Part shown: positions 10,780-18,940 of the stretch, piece by piece | Layout of the letters: the number at the start of each line of letters is the position of its first letter | How positions within the stretch are numbered: the first letter of the stretch is position 1 | IMG/VR virus record: IMGVR_UViG_3300025018_000016 | Location: 1-53,837 of that record | Direction: 5' to 3' (one strand) | Source of the DNA: a virus | Lineage: Duplodnaviria > Caudoviricetes | Length of the DNA stretch: 53,837 nt | The notes under the pieces: model-generated | What the model was told of the DNA's origin: nothing | Databases searched by the model: none | Seen by the model: the letters and a program-made list of their open reading frames with translations, nothing else | Translations under genes and position numbers: made by a program

Positions 10780-11166
10780 TTAATCTGCATCGGGTAAATT
10801 TGCCAGTGCTGCAAGCTCTTCATTTGTCATTTTTTTGATCTCGTCGTTGACAATATTAAGTTGTACTTTTGCCTGATATCTGTCAACCATTTCGTAGTAG
10901 AGCTTTTGATGCGAGTAACTTCCGTTCTTAGCCTTATTCAAAAAACTTCTGTTGACGTCTGCTTCCGCGTCCTTAAAGGCTTGACGAGATCGTATCATTA
11001 AATAGTTTGCAAAATTTGGGTCGTTTCTCCATAGGTAATACGTAGATCTTGCAATCTTCAATTCCTTTATAATATCGCTGACGGACTTTGTTTCATCTAC
11101 ATCTATCAGCCTGTCTGCTAGGCCTATCTGCTCTTTTGATGGGTTCCATTTCTTTGTCTCTGCCAT
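10780..11166 (-). CDS. terS: Terminase small subunit (HTH-containing)
   Basis: 128 aa with HTH (SDIIKELKIARSTYYLWRNDPNF) and C-terminal MTNEEL. Lies upstream of terL. Confidence 0.75.
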   Translation of the reverse strand: MAETKKWNPSKEQIGLADRLIDVDETKSVSDIIKELKIARSTYYLWRNDPNFANYLMIRSRQAFKDAEADVNRSFLNKAKNGSYSHQKLYYEMVDRYQAKVQLNIVNDEIKKMTNEELAALANLPDAD

Positions 11167-11197
11167 TTCTTTTCACCTCGTTTCTTTTCTTTTCTTT

Positions 11198-11206
11198 ATT
11201 ATAACA
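11198..11206 (-). promoter_or_regulatory. Extended -10 promoter (TGtTATAAT) for terS and late genes
   Basis: Minus strand reads gatgtgttataat about 30 nt upstream of terS. The -35 is weak. Confidence 0.5.
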
Positions 11207-11601
11207 CATCCTATCACTTTTTTGCATTCTCTTTCCCTCAATCCCTCTCTGCGCGCCTGTTTAGCTACCCTAGGCACAATCAGCAAGTTTTGTATTTGTC
11301 TCTTTTTTCTTTGTCGCTATGGTACAATTTGCTTTTGTAAAGGCTGGATTGATTGTTTTTATTATTAGTTTTGGTTGTTTTATTGTTTGATTTTTTGTTT
11401 AGTTGTTTGTGGTGGTTTTTTATTTATAGTTATGTTGTTGTTGTTTGTTTATTGGATAGACATGTATATGTTAATAGAGTATTTTTTATTATTTTAAGTA
11501 TTTATTTTGTTTTTATTTAGCCACTGCTGTGGCTATAGAGGGAATTGGTGGTTTTTATATTAATTATTATACTCTGTGTATAAATATTTATATAAATAGT
11601 A

Positions 11602-11630
11602 TTGTCAAACATATTTAATAGGTGTACAAT
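11602..11630 (+). promoter_or_regulatory. Sigma-A promoter TTGTCA-17-TACAAT driving the plus-strand operon
   Basis: Near-consensus hexamers, 17-bp spacer, AT-rich upstream region. Confidence 0.75.
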
Positions 11631-11648
11631 GTGATTACAAGGTTAGTT

Positions 11649-11710
11649 AACCACTTAGAGAACTAGGGGTGCAACTCCCCTAGGTGGTTTTAATTAATAG
11701 CCGAAGGGCT
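11649..11710 (+). ncRNA. Structured 5' leader (T-arm-like stem-loop plus AGCC-GAAG-GGCT hairpin)
   Basis: aaccac/gtggtt outer stem encloses ctagggg-tgcaact-cccctag. A second hairpin at 11699-11710 sits just before the RBS. Confidence 0.4.
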
Positions 11711-11728
11711 TTAAACTAAGGAGATAAG

Positions 11729-11902
11729 ATGACAGTAGCATACATGGAAGACTACGATATGACAATCGTATTAGATGATGACAATAATTTTATTAATTTT
11801 TATTTTGGAATACCTGATAAAGATGTGACGCCATTATATTTAAATAAAGACACGCTACTTAAATTTTTAAAAGCTATAGGCGCATCAATTTCAAATATTT
11901 AA
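11729..11902 (+). CDS. Small protein with acidic N-terminus (57 aa, MTVAYMEDYDMTIVLDDDNNF...), first gene of the plus-strand operon
   Basis: Read by hand. RBS TAAGGAG, stop TAA at 11900-11902. Below the ORF-track cutoff. Confidence 0.7.
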   Translation: MTVAYMEDYDMTIVLDDDNNFINFYFGIPDKDVTPLYLNKDTLLKFLKAIGASISNI

Positions 11903-11935
11903 AAAAATAATAAGAGTATTAAAGGAGGTGACAAC

Positions 11936-12133
11936 ATGATCAACAAGCACTATATAAAAGTAAGATTAGCTGATTTAGGCATGACTCAGTCTGCCTTAGC
12001 TGTGGCACTCGGTAAACTACCGAATAACTTTTCGGCTCAGCTATCATCCGGGCGCATAAGTTTAGATGACTTAGAAAACATTGCTAATGAATTAAAATGT
12101 AGCTTAGACAATTTAAGCACAAGAAAGGGATAA
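11936..12133 (+). CDS. XRE/Cro-family HTH regulator
   Basis: GMTQSALAVALG...ISLDDLENIANELKCSLDNL, with RBS AGGAGGTG. Confidence 0.85.
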   Translation: MINKHYIKVRLADLGMTQSALAVALGKLPNNFSAQLSSGRISLDDLENIANELKCSLDNLSTRKG

Positions 12134-12134
12134 C

Positions 12135-12479
12135 ATGAATAATTTAAAAGTAAAACTATCTGATGTAATAGCGTATGAAAAATGGGACGTAAACGCAACA
12201 ATGACTCAAATAGCGAAGTTTTATTGCGATGGTGAAGGAATAGACGACAAGGTATTTGAAATGGCTTTATCGTGCTTGCTACGAGATGTACATAAGGAGT
12301 TTAATAGTATCGTTGCACGCATGGCAACAGGAGATCCTTTTTTTGAAAAGACTTTGCCTTGGTTTTATACTTTTGACGTAGATAATGATTTTATGTCTGC
12401 GCTAGGTGAAAAGATAACATATAAGGAGTTTAGAGATAAAGTGTTTGATATTTTAAATGACGGTGAATCCTATGCCTAG
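12135..12479 (+). CDS. Acidic hypothetical protein (114 aa)
   Basis: Coupled to the HTH gene, with RBS AAAGGGA. Confidence 0.7.
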   Translation: MNNLKVKLSDVIAYEKWDVNATMTQIAKFYCDGEGIDDKVFEMALSCLLRDVHKEFNSIVARMATGDPFFEKTLPWFYTFDVDNDFMSALGEKITYKEFRDKVFDILNDGESYA

Positions 12480-12645
12480 ACTAAATCGAGAAGATGAATG
12501 CAAAATAACACCTGTTTATTTAGGCAAAGGTAGCATATATAAATACGGTCCCATTCTAGATCATGTTAAAACAAATATGGGATTAAAGAATTTTATTGTT
12601 TGGGCCTTGCTCCTTTACAAAAAAATTTACATGAAAAAGAACTAG
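12457..12645 (+). CDS. Small basic hypothetical protein
   Basis: Ends at the terminator. The start may be the internal ATG (MPRLNRE). Confidence 0.55.
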   Translation: MTVNPMPRLNREDECKITPVYLGKGSIYKYGPILDHVKTNMGLKNFIVWALLLYKKIYMKKN

Positions 12646-12667
12646 GGATTATCCTAGTTCTTTTTTT
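12634..12667. terminator. Bidirectional rho-independent terminator
   Basis: aaaaagaactagg-gattat-cctagttcttttt between convergent genes. Confidence 0.85.
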
Positions 12668-13334
12668 ACCATTCTTTTAGTTTTTTATTTATCCAATCAA
12701 CGCCTTTTGTTGTAACAAGTGTTTGACGTTTAACGTCATCATAGTCTGAATGATGTATAACTACTTCTCTGACTGTAAAATATTCACGCTCTATATATGA
12801 TTCATAAGGTAAATTGCTTTTCATAAGAATTTTATTTTCTCTTAATTTATCAAACAATCTATTCCGGCCTACGCCGACAATCTTTGCAACTTCGTTCATA
12901 GTATGATTGTTTTTAGTTGATAATAAATCCTCATAAGCTGCTACCATAGGTTGCATTAATTCTAGCTTATTTTTATACTCGATCATTTTCTGATTGGCAA
13001 ACTGTAAGCTTCTAGCAAATACCATTTCAGGATTGTTCCATGCTTTTTCAAGTTCGATAAAATACTTTCTTGCTTCTTGTCCCTTTTCATTTCGTTGCAA
13101 CATACATATTTGCTTTGCCATTTCAATTGTTACTTGATATTCAACGCTAGGACGTCCACCTGTACTTTCGCTCAAATTTGAGCAGAAGTCTTGACCTTCA
13201 ATAAATCCATATTCACACATTCTAGGGAACCAATCTTTAAAATGTGTTCCAACGCCTAAGTATTCGTGCAACTCTCTTGCTGATACTAATTGTTCTTGTT
13301 TTTCATTGATTGTTACTTTAATTAACTCATTCAT
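12666..13334 (-). CDS. Phage antirepressor (AntA/AntB N-terminal plus ANT/KilAC C-terminal)
   Basis: VSARELHEYL..F.DWF.RM.EYGF.EG.DF, ARKYFI..EK.WN and QTLVTTKG motifs. Confidence 0.88.
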   Translation of the reverse strand: MNELIKVTINEKQEQLVSARELHEYLGVGTHFKDWFPRMCEYGFIEGQDFCSNLSESTGGRPSVEYQVTIEMAKQICMLQRNEKGQEARKYFIELEKAWNNPEMVFARSLQFANQKMIEYKNKLELMQPMVAAYEDLLSTKNNHTMNEVAKIVGVGRNRLFDKLRENKILMKSNLPYESYIEREYFTVREVVIHHSDYDDVKRQTLVTTKGVDWINKKLKEW

Positions 13335-13504
13335 GCTATAACCACCTTTCGCTATACCTTAAATAGTATGTGTGGCAACGTAATAAGGTATTTACGCTTT
13401 CCAGTTCCGCTTATAAAAATATACGGCGTATCTTGCATTTTTCTTAATTTATTTAACTTTCTTTTCATGTACCATATTATAAATCTGTTCATATTTCTTT
13501 TCCT

Positions 13505-13528
13505 TTCGCAATATGTGACGATTATGAA
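13505..13528. repeat. Cassette-boundary site A: ttcgcaat-atgtgacg-attatgaa
   Basis: Member of the 8-bp-spacer inverted-repeat family. Overlaps the MTase-1 stop codon. Confidence 0.7.
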
Positions 13529-14457
13529 TTAATGTATGCAAATATGTGTGCTAATACATCAACTGTCCACCCATCGCCTAGTAGACTTTTAGCTTCATTT
13601 ACGGACAGACAACTTGTATATCCTTCTGGTACAGTTTGACAGCGTTCTGATTCTATTTGAGTTAAGTATCTAACGCCTTTATAAATGTTACGATCGTAAT
13701 TAGTTTTGTCTATTTGCTCTGCGCTCATTCCTTTGTAATTTTTATCATAATCTGCTTTGCAGTTCAAATAATGTTGCTTATCATTAAAAACAATATTTGT
13801 AAATCCTGAAGAATACCATCTGTGAAATATTTTTAGTGGTGTTACTAACGGCCTACTATCACTTTCTAGCAACGTCCTAGCTTTTTTGTTAATTACATAT
13901 CCACTAGCAAGTATTGATTGCAATTTTATTTTTTTATCTTTTGGTTGTGGTATATCAACAAACATCATTCCTAATAAATCAAGTCGTGTATAAATATTTG
14001 TCCAATATAGTCTTGGCCTTGATTGCGCTGATACTAAATCACTATTAATTGCTATAGGTTGAACATTTAGTTGGTTAGTTATATAAGCGTAAGAATTAGT
14101 CTCCATTGCTACGTTTTCAAGTAAAAAATATTTAGGATTTATAAAATTAACTATATCCCTGTAAATGAAAAACAATCTAGATTTATCACCTTCAAGGCCT
14201 TTTTTGTCTTTGTTTGCTTGACTAAAATCTTGGCAAGGGCTACCTCCAATCACCATATCAATACTGCTAAAATCAATAGTCCAATTTTTCCATTTTGTAA
14301 CATCGCCTAGCTGTATAGTATCTGGGTAATTATGTTGTGTACATGTGATAGCATGAGGTTTTATTTCGCTTGAATAGTATTTGTCAATTTTAATACCGGC
14401 TCTTTCTAACGCTATTCGTCCACAACTCATACCATCGAATAAACTTAATACATTCAT
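13522..14457 (-). CDS. DNA (cytosine-5) methyltransferase 1
   Basis: VLSLFDGMSCG (motif I), GGSPCQ (IV), LLENV (VI), QSRPRLYW (VIII), LGDGW (X). Start at ATG 14457 after RBS. Confidence 0.92.
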   Translation of the reverse strand: MNVLSLFDGMSCGRIALERAGIKIDKYYSSEIKPHAITCTQHNYPDTIQLGDVTKWKNWTIDFSSIDMVIGGSPCQDFSQANKDKKGLEGDKSRLFFIYRDIVNFINPKYFLLENVAMETNSYAYITNQLNVQPIAINSDLVSAQSRPRLYWTNIYTRLDLLGMMFVDIPQPKDKKIKLQSILASGYVINKKARTLLESDSRPLVTPLKIFHRWYSSGFTNIVFNDKQHYLNCKADYDKNYKGMSAEQIDKTNYDRNIYKGVRYLTQIESERCQTVPEGYTSCLSVNEAKSLLGDGWTVDVLAHIFAYINS

Positions 14458-14468
14458 TATATTTTCCT

Positions 14469-14492
14469 TTCTCAATTTCGTGCTATTGCACT
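14469..14492. repeat. Cassette-boundary site B: ttctcaat-ttcgtgct-attgcact
   Basis: Abuts the MTase-1 RBS and overlaps the stop of the upstream gene. Confidence 0.7.
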
Positions 14493-14685
14493 AACTTTCT
14501 TCATTTATTTTCATTAACTCACTCTTCATTTCGCCTAGCCAAATATTGTATTCTTTTCTCATTACCTGTTTAGGGTTTATCATATAGCCTTCCTGTTTTA
14601 ATTCTTTTTGCACTGCTTTAAATTTCTTTTTGTAGTCTTTGTCTCCTGTTATTTCACCAGATATAAATATTTTTGCTTTTTCCAA
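14491..14685 (-). CDS. DUF4406-like protein, apparently shortened
   Basis: KIFISGEITG...KKKF.AVQKELKQEGY.INP N-terminus, but only 64 aa. Confidence 0.5.
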   Translation of the reverse strand: MEKAKIFISGEITGDKDYKKKFKAVQKELKQEGYMINPKQVMRKEYNIWLGEMKSELMKINEES

Positions 14686-14696
14686 TTGTTTTCTCC

Positions 14697-14855
14697 TTAT
14701 TCTCTGCTTGCAAATAAATTACAATCTATAATTCCTTTTCTTATTAAGTCATCTTGGTCTACTTCCATTTCCTCAAGAAAGTTGGACCTATCTTTGAAAT
14801 TTGGTTTTCCTTTTGTCTTTCTTAGTGCATATACGATTGCTTCTTCAATATCCAT
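14697..14855 (-). CDS. Hypothetical protein (52 aa, MDIEEAIVYALRK...)
   Basis: Read by hand, RBS GAGGTG. Fills the gap between neighbouring genes. Confidence 0.6.
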   Translation of the reverse strand: MDIEEAIVYALRKTKGKPNFKDRSNFLEEMEVDQDDLIRKGIIDCNLFASRE

Positions 14856-14857
14856 AG

Positions 14858-15199
14858 TCACCTCTTATTTATAATCGTTTTCCCTGGGATAGAATATAAT
14901 TCGTATCCGGTTCCCTCTAGTTCTTTTATTATAAATTTCTTTATTCTTACTTGAGATGTCTTTCTTATTTTTGCTTCGTGGCGGCAATTAAATCCTTTTT
15001 TTGTTTTGATTGATTTTTTTATTATTGATCTTGCTAGTTTTTTCATTTCATTATCGGACAGACAGTGTTCTTCGCAACAATCTACGGTAGATATATGTCT
15101 ATAATACTTTTCTGCTTTTGTTACTCTGTTATATCTTTCGATATACTCTTCTACTGTTTCGTGTATTGAATAGTAATTAGGATCGTATATATCTTTCAT
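14858..15199 (-). CDS. Hypothetical protein
   Basis: 113-aa ORF in a tightly packed operon. Confidence 0.6.
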   Translation of the reverse strand: MKDIYDPNYYSIHETVEEYIERYNRVTKAEKYYRHISTVDCCEEHCLSDNEMKKLARSIIKKSIKTKKGFNCRHEAKIRKTSQVRIKKFIIKELEGTGYELYSIPGKTIINKR

Positions 15200-15209
15200 T
15201 TCTATTCAC

Positions 15210-15521
15210 CTACTTCGTAGCTGTTATAGTTATATTCAGCTCGTCTTTTACTGCTTGCTTATAATCCTCTAAAGATGCTTTCCCACCATCAATACATTGG
15301 AATCTTTCTTCGCATATTTTTAATATTCTTTCTACTCTTTTATGACCAAACCCAAGTTCGTCTTTTAAAGTTAATGCCATTACGCTATATACTAATTCTA
15401 CTGCGTAGTCAAAACCTTTTGTAACTCCGGCTAAAGAGCTATCATACTGAATTGTTTCTATCATTTTTGACAATTCTTCTGTGTTCATATGCTTTATTCG
15501 TCTTAATTCACTCCTGTTCAT
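15210..15521 (-). CDS. Hypothetical phage protein
   Basis: L.DELGFGHKRVER motif, common in small Firmicute phage proteins. Confidence 0.65.
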   Translation of the reverse strand: MNRSELRRIKHMNTEELSKMIETIQYDSSLAGVTKGFDYAVELVYSVMALTLKDELGFGHKRVERILKICEERFQCIDGGKASLEDYKQAVKDELNITITATK

Positions 15522-15645
15522 CTATATCCCCTTTCATAAACGATTTAACGGCTATATCAAGCAATTTCTTTGGAATTAAGTAATATATTGCAGTTACTGA
15601 AAAAACACTTAAAAAACAAAGTATTACAAACACCTCTACGCTCAT
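15508..15645 (-). CDS. Small membrane protein (45 aa, MSVEVFVILCFLSVFSVTAIYYLIP...)
   Basis: Read by hand. Coupled to the upstream stop, one TM helix. Confidence 0.55.
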   Translation of the reverse strand: MSVEVFVILCFLSVFSVTAIYYLIPKKLLDIAVKSFMKGDIDEQE

Positions 15646-15863
15646 TATCTATTCCTTTCATGTTGATCAAGTAAATTTATCATACACTTTTCTTTTTCTT
15701 TTTTTAATTCTTCTTTTTCTTGACTGGACCATATTAATAGCTTATATCTTTCATTTAAGTCTTGTATCGTGTTACATTTTGATTTACATTTAATGCAATT
15801 CTTTTTCTTATTACCTTTTATAATAATACATTCTTCGTTTTTAAAATCAAAAGCGCATGTCAT
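15645..15863 (-). CDS. Cys-rich hypothetical protein (start MTCAFD)
   Basis: RBS GAAAGGA, with C..KC...C motif. Confidence 0.6.
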   Translation of the reverse strand: MTCAFDFKNEECIIIKGNKKKNCIKCKSKCNTIQDLNERYKLLIWSSQEKEELKKEKEKCMINLLDQHERNR

Positions 15864-15877
15864 ATGTTTGTCCTTTC

Positions 15878-15901
15878 TTCCCAATATGTGACAATTACGT
15901 T
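15878..15901. repeat. Cassette-boundary site C: ttcccaat-atgtgaca-attacgtt
   Basis: Spacer 7/8 identical to site A. Sits between a stop codon and an RBS. Confidence 0.6.
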
Positions 15902-16040
15902 ATCTATCACTTATTTCAACTACTTCTATCTTTGGACCTTGAATTTTAATAAACTCATTTACATCATCGTAATTCTCAAAAATGTCCATCATTTTTTCAC
16001 CAGTATTTTCATTTGTAAAATAATAAACTAAAGTAATCAT
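15900..16040 (-). CDS. Small acidic hypothetical protein (46 aa, MITLVYYFTNE...)
   Basis: RBS AAAGGAG before ATG 16040. Confidence 0.6.
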   Translation of the reverse strand: MITLVYYFTNENTGEKMMDIFENYDDVNEFIKIQGPKIEVVEISDR

Positions 16041-16167
16041 GCAATCTCCTTTTAATTTTCTAAAATAAGTTCTTATTTTTTTTACCATTAAGCAGATACT
16101 TATTCCATTCAGCAATACGAGAAAATCAAAAAATCGTAGTACATTCTTTTATTGTGTTATTGAGAAC

Positions 16168-16791
16168 TTATTTCCTAAACTGCACATCGTCAACTTCTGC
16201 GACTATCTCAAATTGATCAAACCACTGTTGCTTTTCTGAATCTGTAATGCTTTTGTTATTAAACATCCATGCTTTCTCAGCGTAATCTTTACTTAAAGCT
16301 TTTTTTACTGCAAGTTTTGTTTCGTTATCCGGTTCTTTATATAATCCTTCTATTGTTGGTGAAAACTGATATACTTTTTTTCCATTGTATATAGGAGCTT
16401 CGTATATTACGTCATTCAAGTTATCAGGATAACGATCATCTGTTACTCTGTTTATAATTACACTCGCTACTAATAGTTTGCACTTATAACTTTCTGCACC
16501 TGCTTCGTGCTGTACTAACATTTCTAGTGTATTTAATTCTTCTTTGGTATATTCTATCCTTTCTGTTGCAATAGTCGCTAATATCGGCGTTTGTTGAGAA
16601 ATTCGATAGGTTTTATCTAATATCTCTCTGTGCTCTAATTCATATTGCTTCTGAATGCTATCGTCAACCGTTATCTCAATGTACGTCTCTTGGATAATTT
16701 CAGCTTCTTTTCCGTCACAAATAATTTTTGTTAACAGAATAATTATTATTAGCAAAAACAATATTAATATAAGTTCCTTCGCTAACCTCAT
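16168..16791 (-). CDS. SleB/CwlJ-family (Hydrolase_2) cell-wall hydrolase with N-terminal membrane anchor
   Basis: LVQHEAGAES..KLLVASVIINRV...YPDNLNDVIY...QFSP. Confidence 0.85.
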   Translation of the reverse strand: MRLAKELILILFLLIIIILLTKIICDGKEAEIIQETYIEITVDDSIQKQYELEHREILDKTYRISQQTPILATIATERIEYTKEELNTLEMLVQHEAGAESYKCKLLVASVIINRVTDDRYPDNLNDVIYEAPIYNGKKVYQFSPTIEGLYKEPDNETKLAVKKALSKDYAEKAWMFNNKSITDSEKQQWFDQFEIVAEVDDVQFRK

Positions 16792-16794
16792 AAA

Positions 16795-17037
16795 TCACAC
16801 TCCTTTGTTTAGTTCATCGTCAAACATATCTTCAAAATAATCTGATTTCATTAGTTCATCGCCCATTATTTGCTTTAGTCTTATTTCGCATATCCAATTA
16901 GGTACTATGCACCAAAACCATTGCTCTTTTTTCACCATACAGCAATCTAATTTAAACATGCTGCACTTGTAACACTCTTTTTCACTAGCGTTAACGTATT
17001 TTCTTAAATACTTATTGTAGAACTTTAACCATTTCAC
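16795..17037 (-). CDS. Cys-rich hypothetical protein
   Basis: 80-aa ORF in operon. Confidence 0.55.
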   Translation of the reverse strand: MKWLKFYNKYLRKYVNASEKECYKCSMFKLDCCMVKKEQWFWCIVPNWICEIRLKQIMGDELMKSDYFEDMFDDELNKGV

Positions 17038-17513
17038 TTGTTATCCTCCTGTATAAGTTCAATCTTTATACTTGCTCCTATGTCTGATAAGCACCTTGAA
17101 AAGAATAGTTTGTCGCTTTGATTGCAGGTGTATAAGCCATTTCTTATAAATTCATCAGCTAATTTTATTTTAAGGTCATTTCGTTTTCTTTCTTCAGCTA
17201 TCTTATTGTCTTTTAATTCAATTTCTCTGTTCATTTCAAGAATGATCTCTTTTAAACTTTTCAATGTTTCTTTTAAACTATTGACTTCATCATTTCTTTT
17301 CCTTATTTCTTCAATCATTTCAAGATCTACCATGTTTGTAATTCTAAAATCACTAGAATATACAGATTCAAAATCTTTTAATTCACTAAATTCAGCAGGT
17401 ATTTTGTAAAAGCTTTTCCCTTTTTCATTATCAAATACCTTTGTATATCCACCTTTGTATTTTTTGTCATCTGTATCTATTACTTGCCCTGATTCTTTAT
17501 GTCTTAATATCAT
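17034..17513 (-). CDS. Hypothetical coiled-coil protein
   Basis: 159-aa ORF in operon. Confidence 0.6.
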   Translation of the reverse strand: MILRHKESGQVIDTDDKKYKGGYTKVFDNEKGKSFYKIPAEFSELKDFESVYSSDFRITNMVDLEMIEEIRKRNDEVNSLKETLKSLKEIILEMNREIELKDNKIAEERKRNDLKIKLADEFIRNGLYTCNQSDKLFFSRCLSDIGASIKIELIQEDNK

Positions 17514-17732
17514 TTATTGTTCCTCTCTTTCTTGAATTAATTGAATTACTGTTACACCTAATGCTTTTGCATACTTTTCAAGCATCGAAACTGATATGTC
17601 TCTTGCTTTTTTTTCTTCTTGATTTACGGACGCTTTACTTACTCCTACTTTTTCCGAAAGTTCTTCCTGAGATAATTCTTGAAATCTTCTTTCTATGCGA
17701 ATGTTTTTTGAAATAATTTCCTTTAATGCCAT
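17514..17732 (-). CDS. XRE-family HTH protein
   Basis: LSQEELSEKVGVSKASVNQEEK...SVSMLEKYAKALGV. Confidence 0.85.
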   Translation of the reverse strand: MALKEIISKNIRIERRFQELSQEELSEKVGVSKASVNQEEKKARDISVSMLEKYAKALGVTVIQLIQEREEQ

Positions 17733-17734
17733 TT

Positions 17735-18679
17735 TTATTCCTCTCTTTCTTGATATAAATATTTTATATATCTTTTTTTATTGTTTTGAATCATTATTTC
17801 TTTTAATTTTACCGTAAAATCAATATATTCTTTATCTGTCATAGTAATCCACCATTGCATTACATCATGTGCTGTATTCCATTCAGTAACTAATCCTTCA
17901 TCGTTTCTTGCTTTTATCATTCTAGTAAAAGCTTTTAAGTATTGAACATATACATATGGATACATGTAAAAATCATTTACTATATTTTTGCCTTGTAGTT
18001 GGCAACCAAGACATCCTAATCGTTTATGCCCTTGGTCATATAATTCGCAGTATGCAATGTTGTATTGTTTTATAAATTGCCATACATGGGAATCGGTCCA
18101 GTCAATGATTGGGTTTATTATATGTTTTCCTTTTACTACACATGATTCTATCATTCTTCTTTTTTCGTCATTGTCATTTAAAAGATAAAAACTTTCTCTT
18201 TTTTCTTTTGCTACTTTCGACTGCGAACCATAAGTATCGTATTCAACATCTTTTCTCGTGTTTTTTCTTCTCGAGCTTTCATCCCATCTTACACCAGTTA
18301 TTATTGTTCTTTGGTTACCTCCTCCTTCTTTTAATGTTGAGCAACAATATCTTACTCTTCTTGTTGGTGGCATTTTCTTTTTTACTATCAGATCCCACAT
18401 ATTTATTTCAGGTCTTATGCGCTCTACTGACGGATAATATTTTTTTATAAATCTTGTTAGCTCTGGTGGGTCAACTGTCGTTATCGCATAGTGTGAATCA
18501 AATTTTACACCTGCCATTTGCGCAAGAGCATATATAACGATACTGTCTTTGCCACCACTAAATGCTAAATAATAACCATCTTTTGGTTCAAATGTTTTAA
18601 GTCTTTTAATAGCAGTTTTTACACGATAATCTAAATCATCTATAACTTCATTTTCTCCAATTATTAATTGTCCTTTCAT
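17735..18679 (-). CDS. PAPS-reductase-family (PP-loop) protein, probable DNA-modification enzyme
   Basis: AFSGGKDS PP-loop, RYCCSTLKE, TGVRWDESSRR, PIIDWT and RLGCLGC motifs. Confidence 0.85.
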   Translation of the reverse strand: MKGQLIIGENEVIDDLDYRVKTAIKRLKTFEPKDGYYLAFSGGKDSIVIYALAQMAGVKFDSHYAITTVDPPELTRFIKKYYPSVERIRPEINMWDLIVKKKMPPTRRVRYCCSTLKEGGGNQRTIITGVRWDESSRRKNTRKDVEYDTYGSQSKVAKEKRESFYLLNDNDEKRRMIESCVVKGKHIINPIIDWTDSHVWQFIKQYNIAYCELYDQGHKRLGCLGCQLQGKNIVNDFYMYPYVYVQYLKAFTRMIKARNDEGLVTEWNTAHDVMQWWITMTDKEYIDFTVKLKEIMIQNNKKRYIKYLYQEREE

Positions 18680-18706
18680 GTTTTCTCCTTTTTTTTAATA
18701 TGCTTT

Positions 18707-18735
18707 ATTATACACCAAACGTTTTATTTATGCAA
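18707..18735 (-). promoter_or_regulatory. Sigma-A promoter TTGCAT-17-TATAAT
   Basis: Consensus hexamers and spacer upstream of the PAPS-reductase gene. Confidence 0.7.
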
Positions 18736-18749
18736 CTCAAAGATAAACA

Positions 18750-18785
18750 AAATAAAAAAGGGCCATAAACTTACATGACCCTTTG
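18750..18785 (-). terminator. Rho-independent terminator
   Basis: Minus strand aaagggtcat...atggcccttttttatttt. Confidence 0.65.
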
Positions 18786-18940
18786 AATTATAAGGAGTTT
18801 GTGAAAATACTTGTCAGCACTACCTGTTACAAGGGTACTTTTACGAAGTATAACGTCTTAATTTCTTGTAGCCAATATCCGTTTTCTGCTCCTTGAGCTG
18901 TTTAATTAATATTTTTACTGCTTGTGATAAAAATCTTGTT

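Noticed and set aside
11271-11296. Additional cassette-like sites (ggcacaat-cagcaagt-tttgtatt; similar weak matches near 19280, 36088 and 51984)
   Set aside because: Only one arm matches, so they cannot be separated from background without a PWM.
11649-11689. tRNA gene
   Set aside because: No D-arm, anticodon arm or CCA. It is only a T-arm-like hairpin. No tRNA was found by eye elsewhere.
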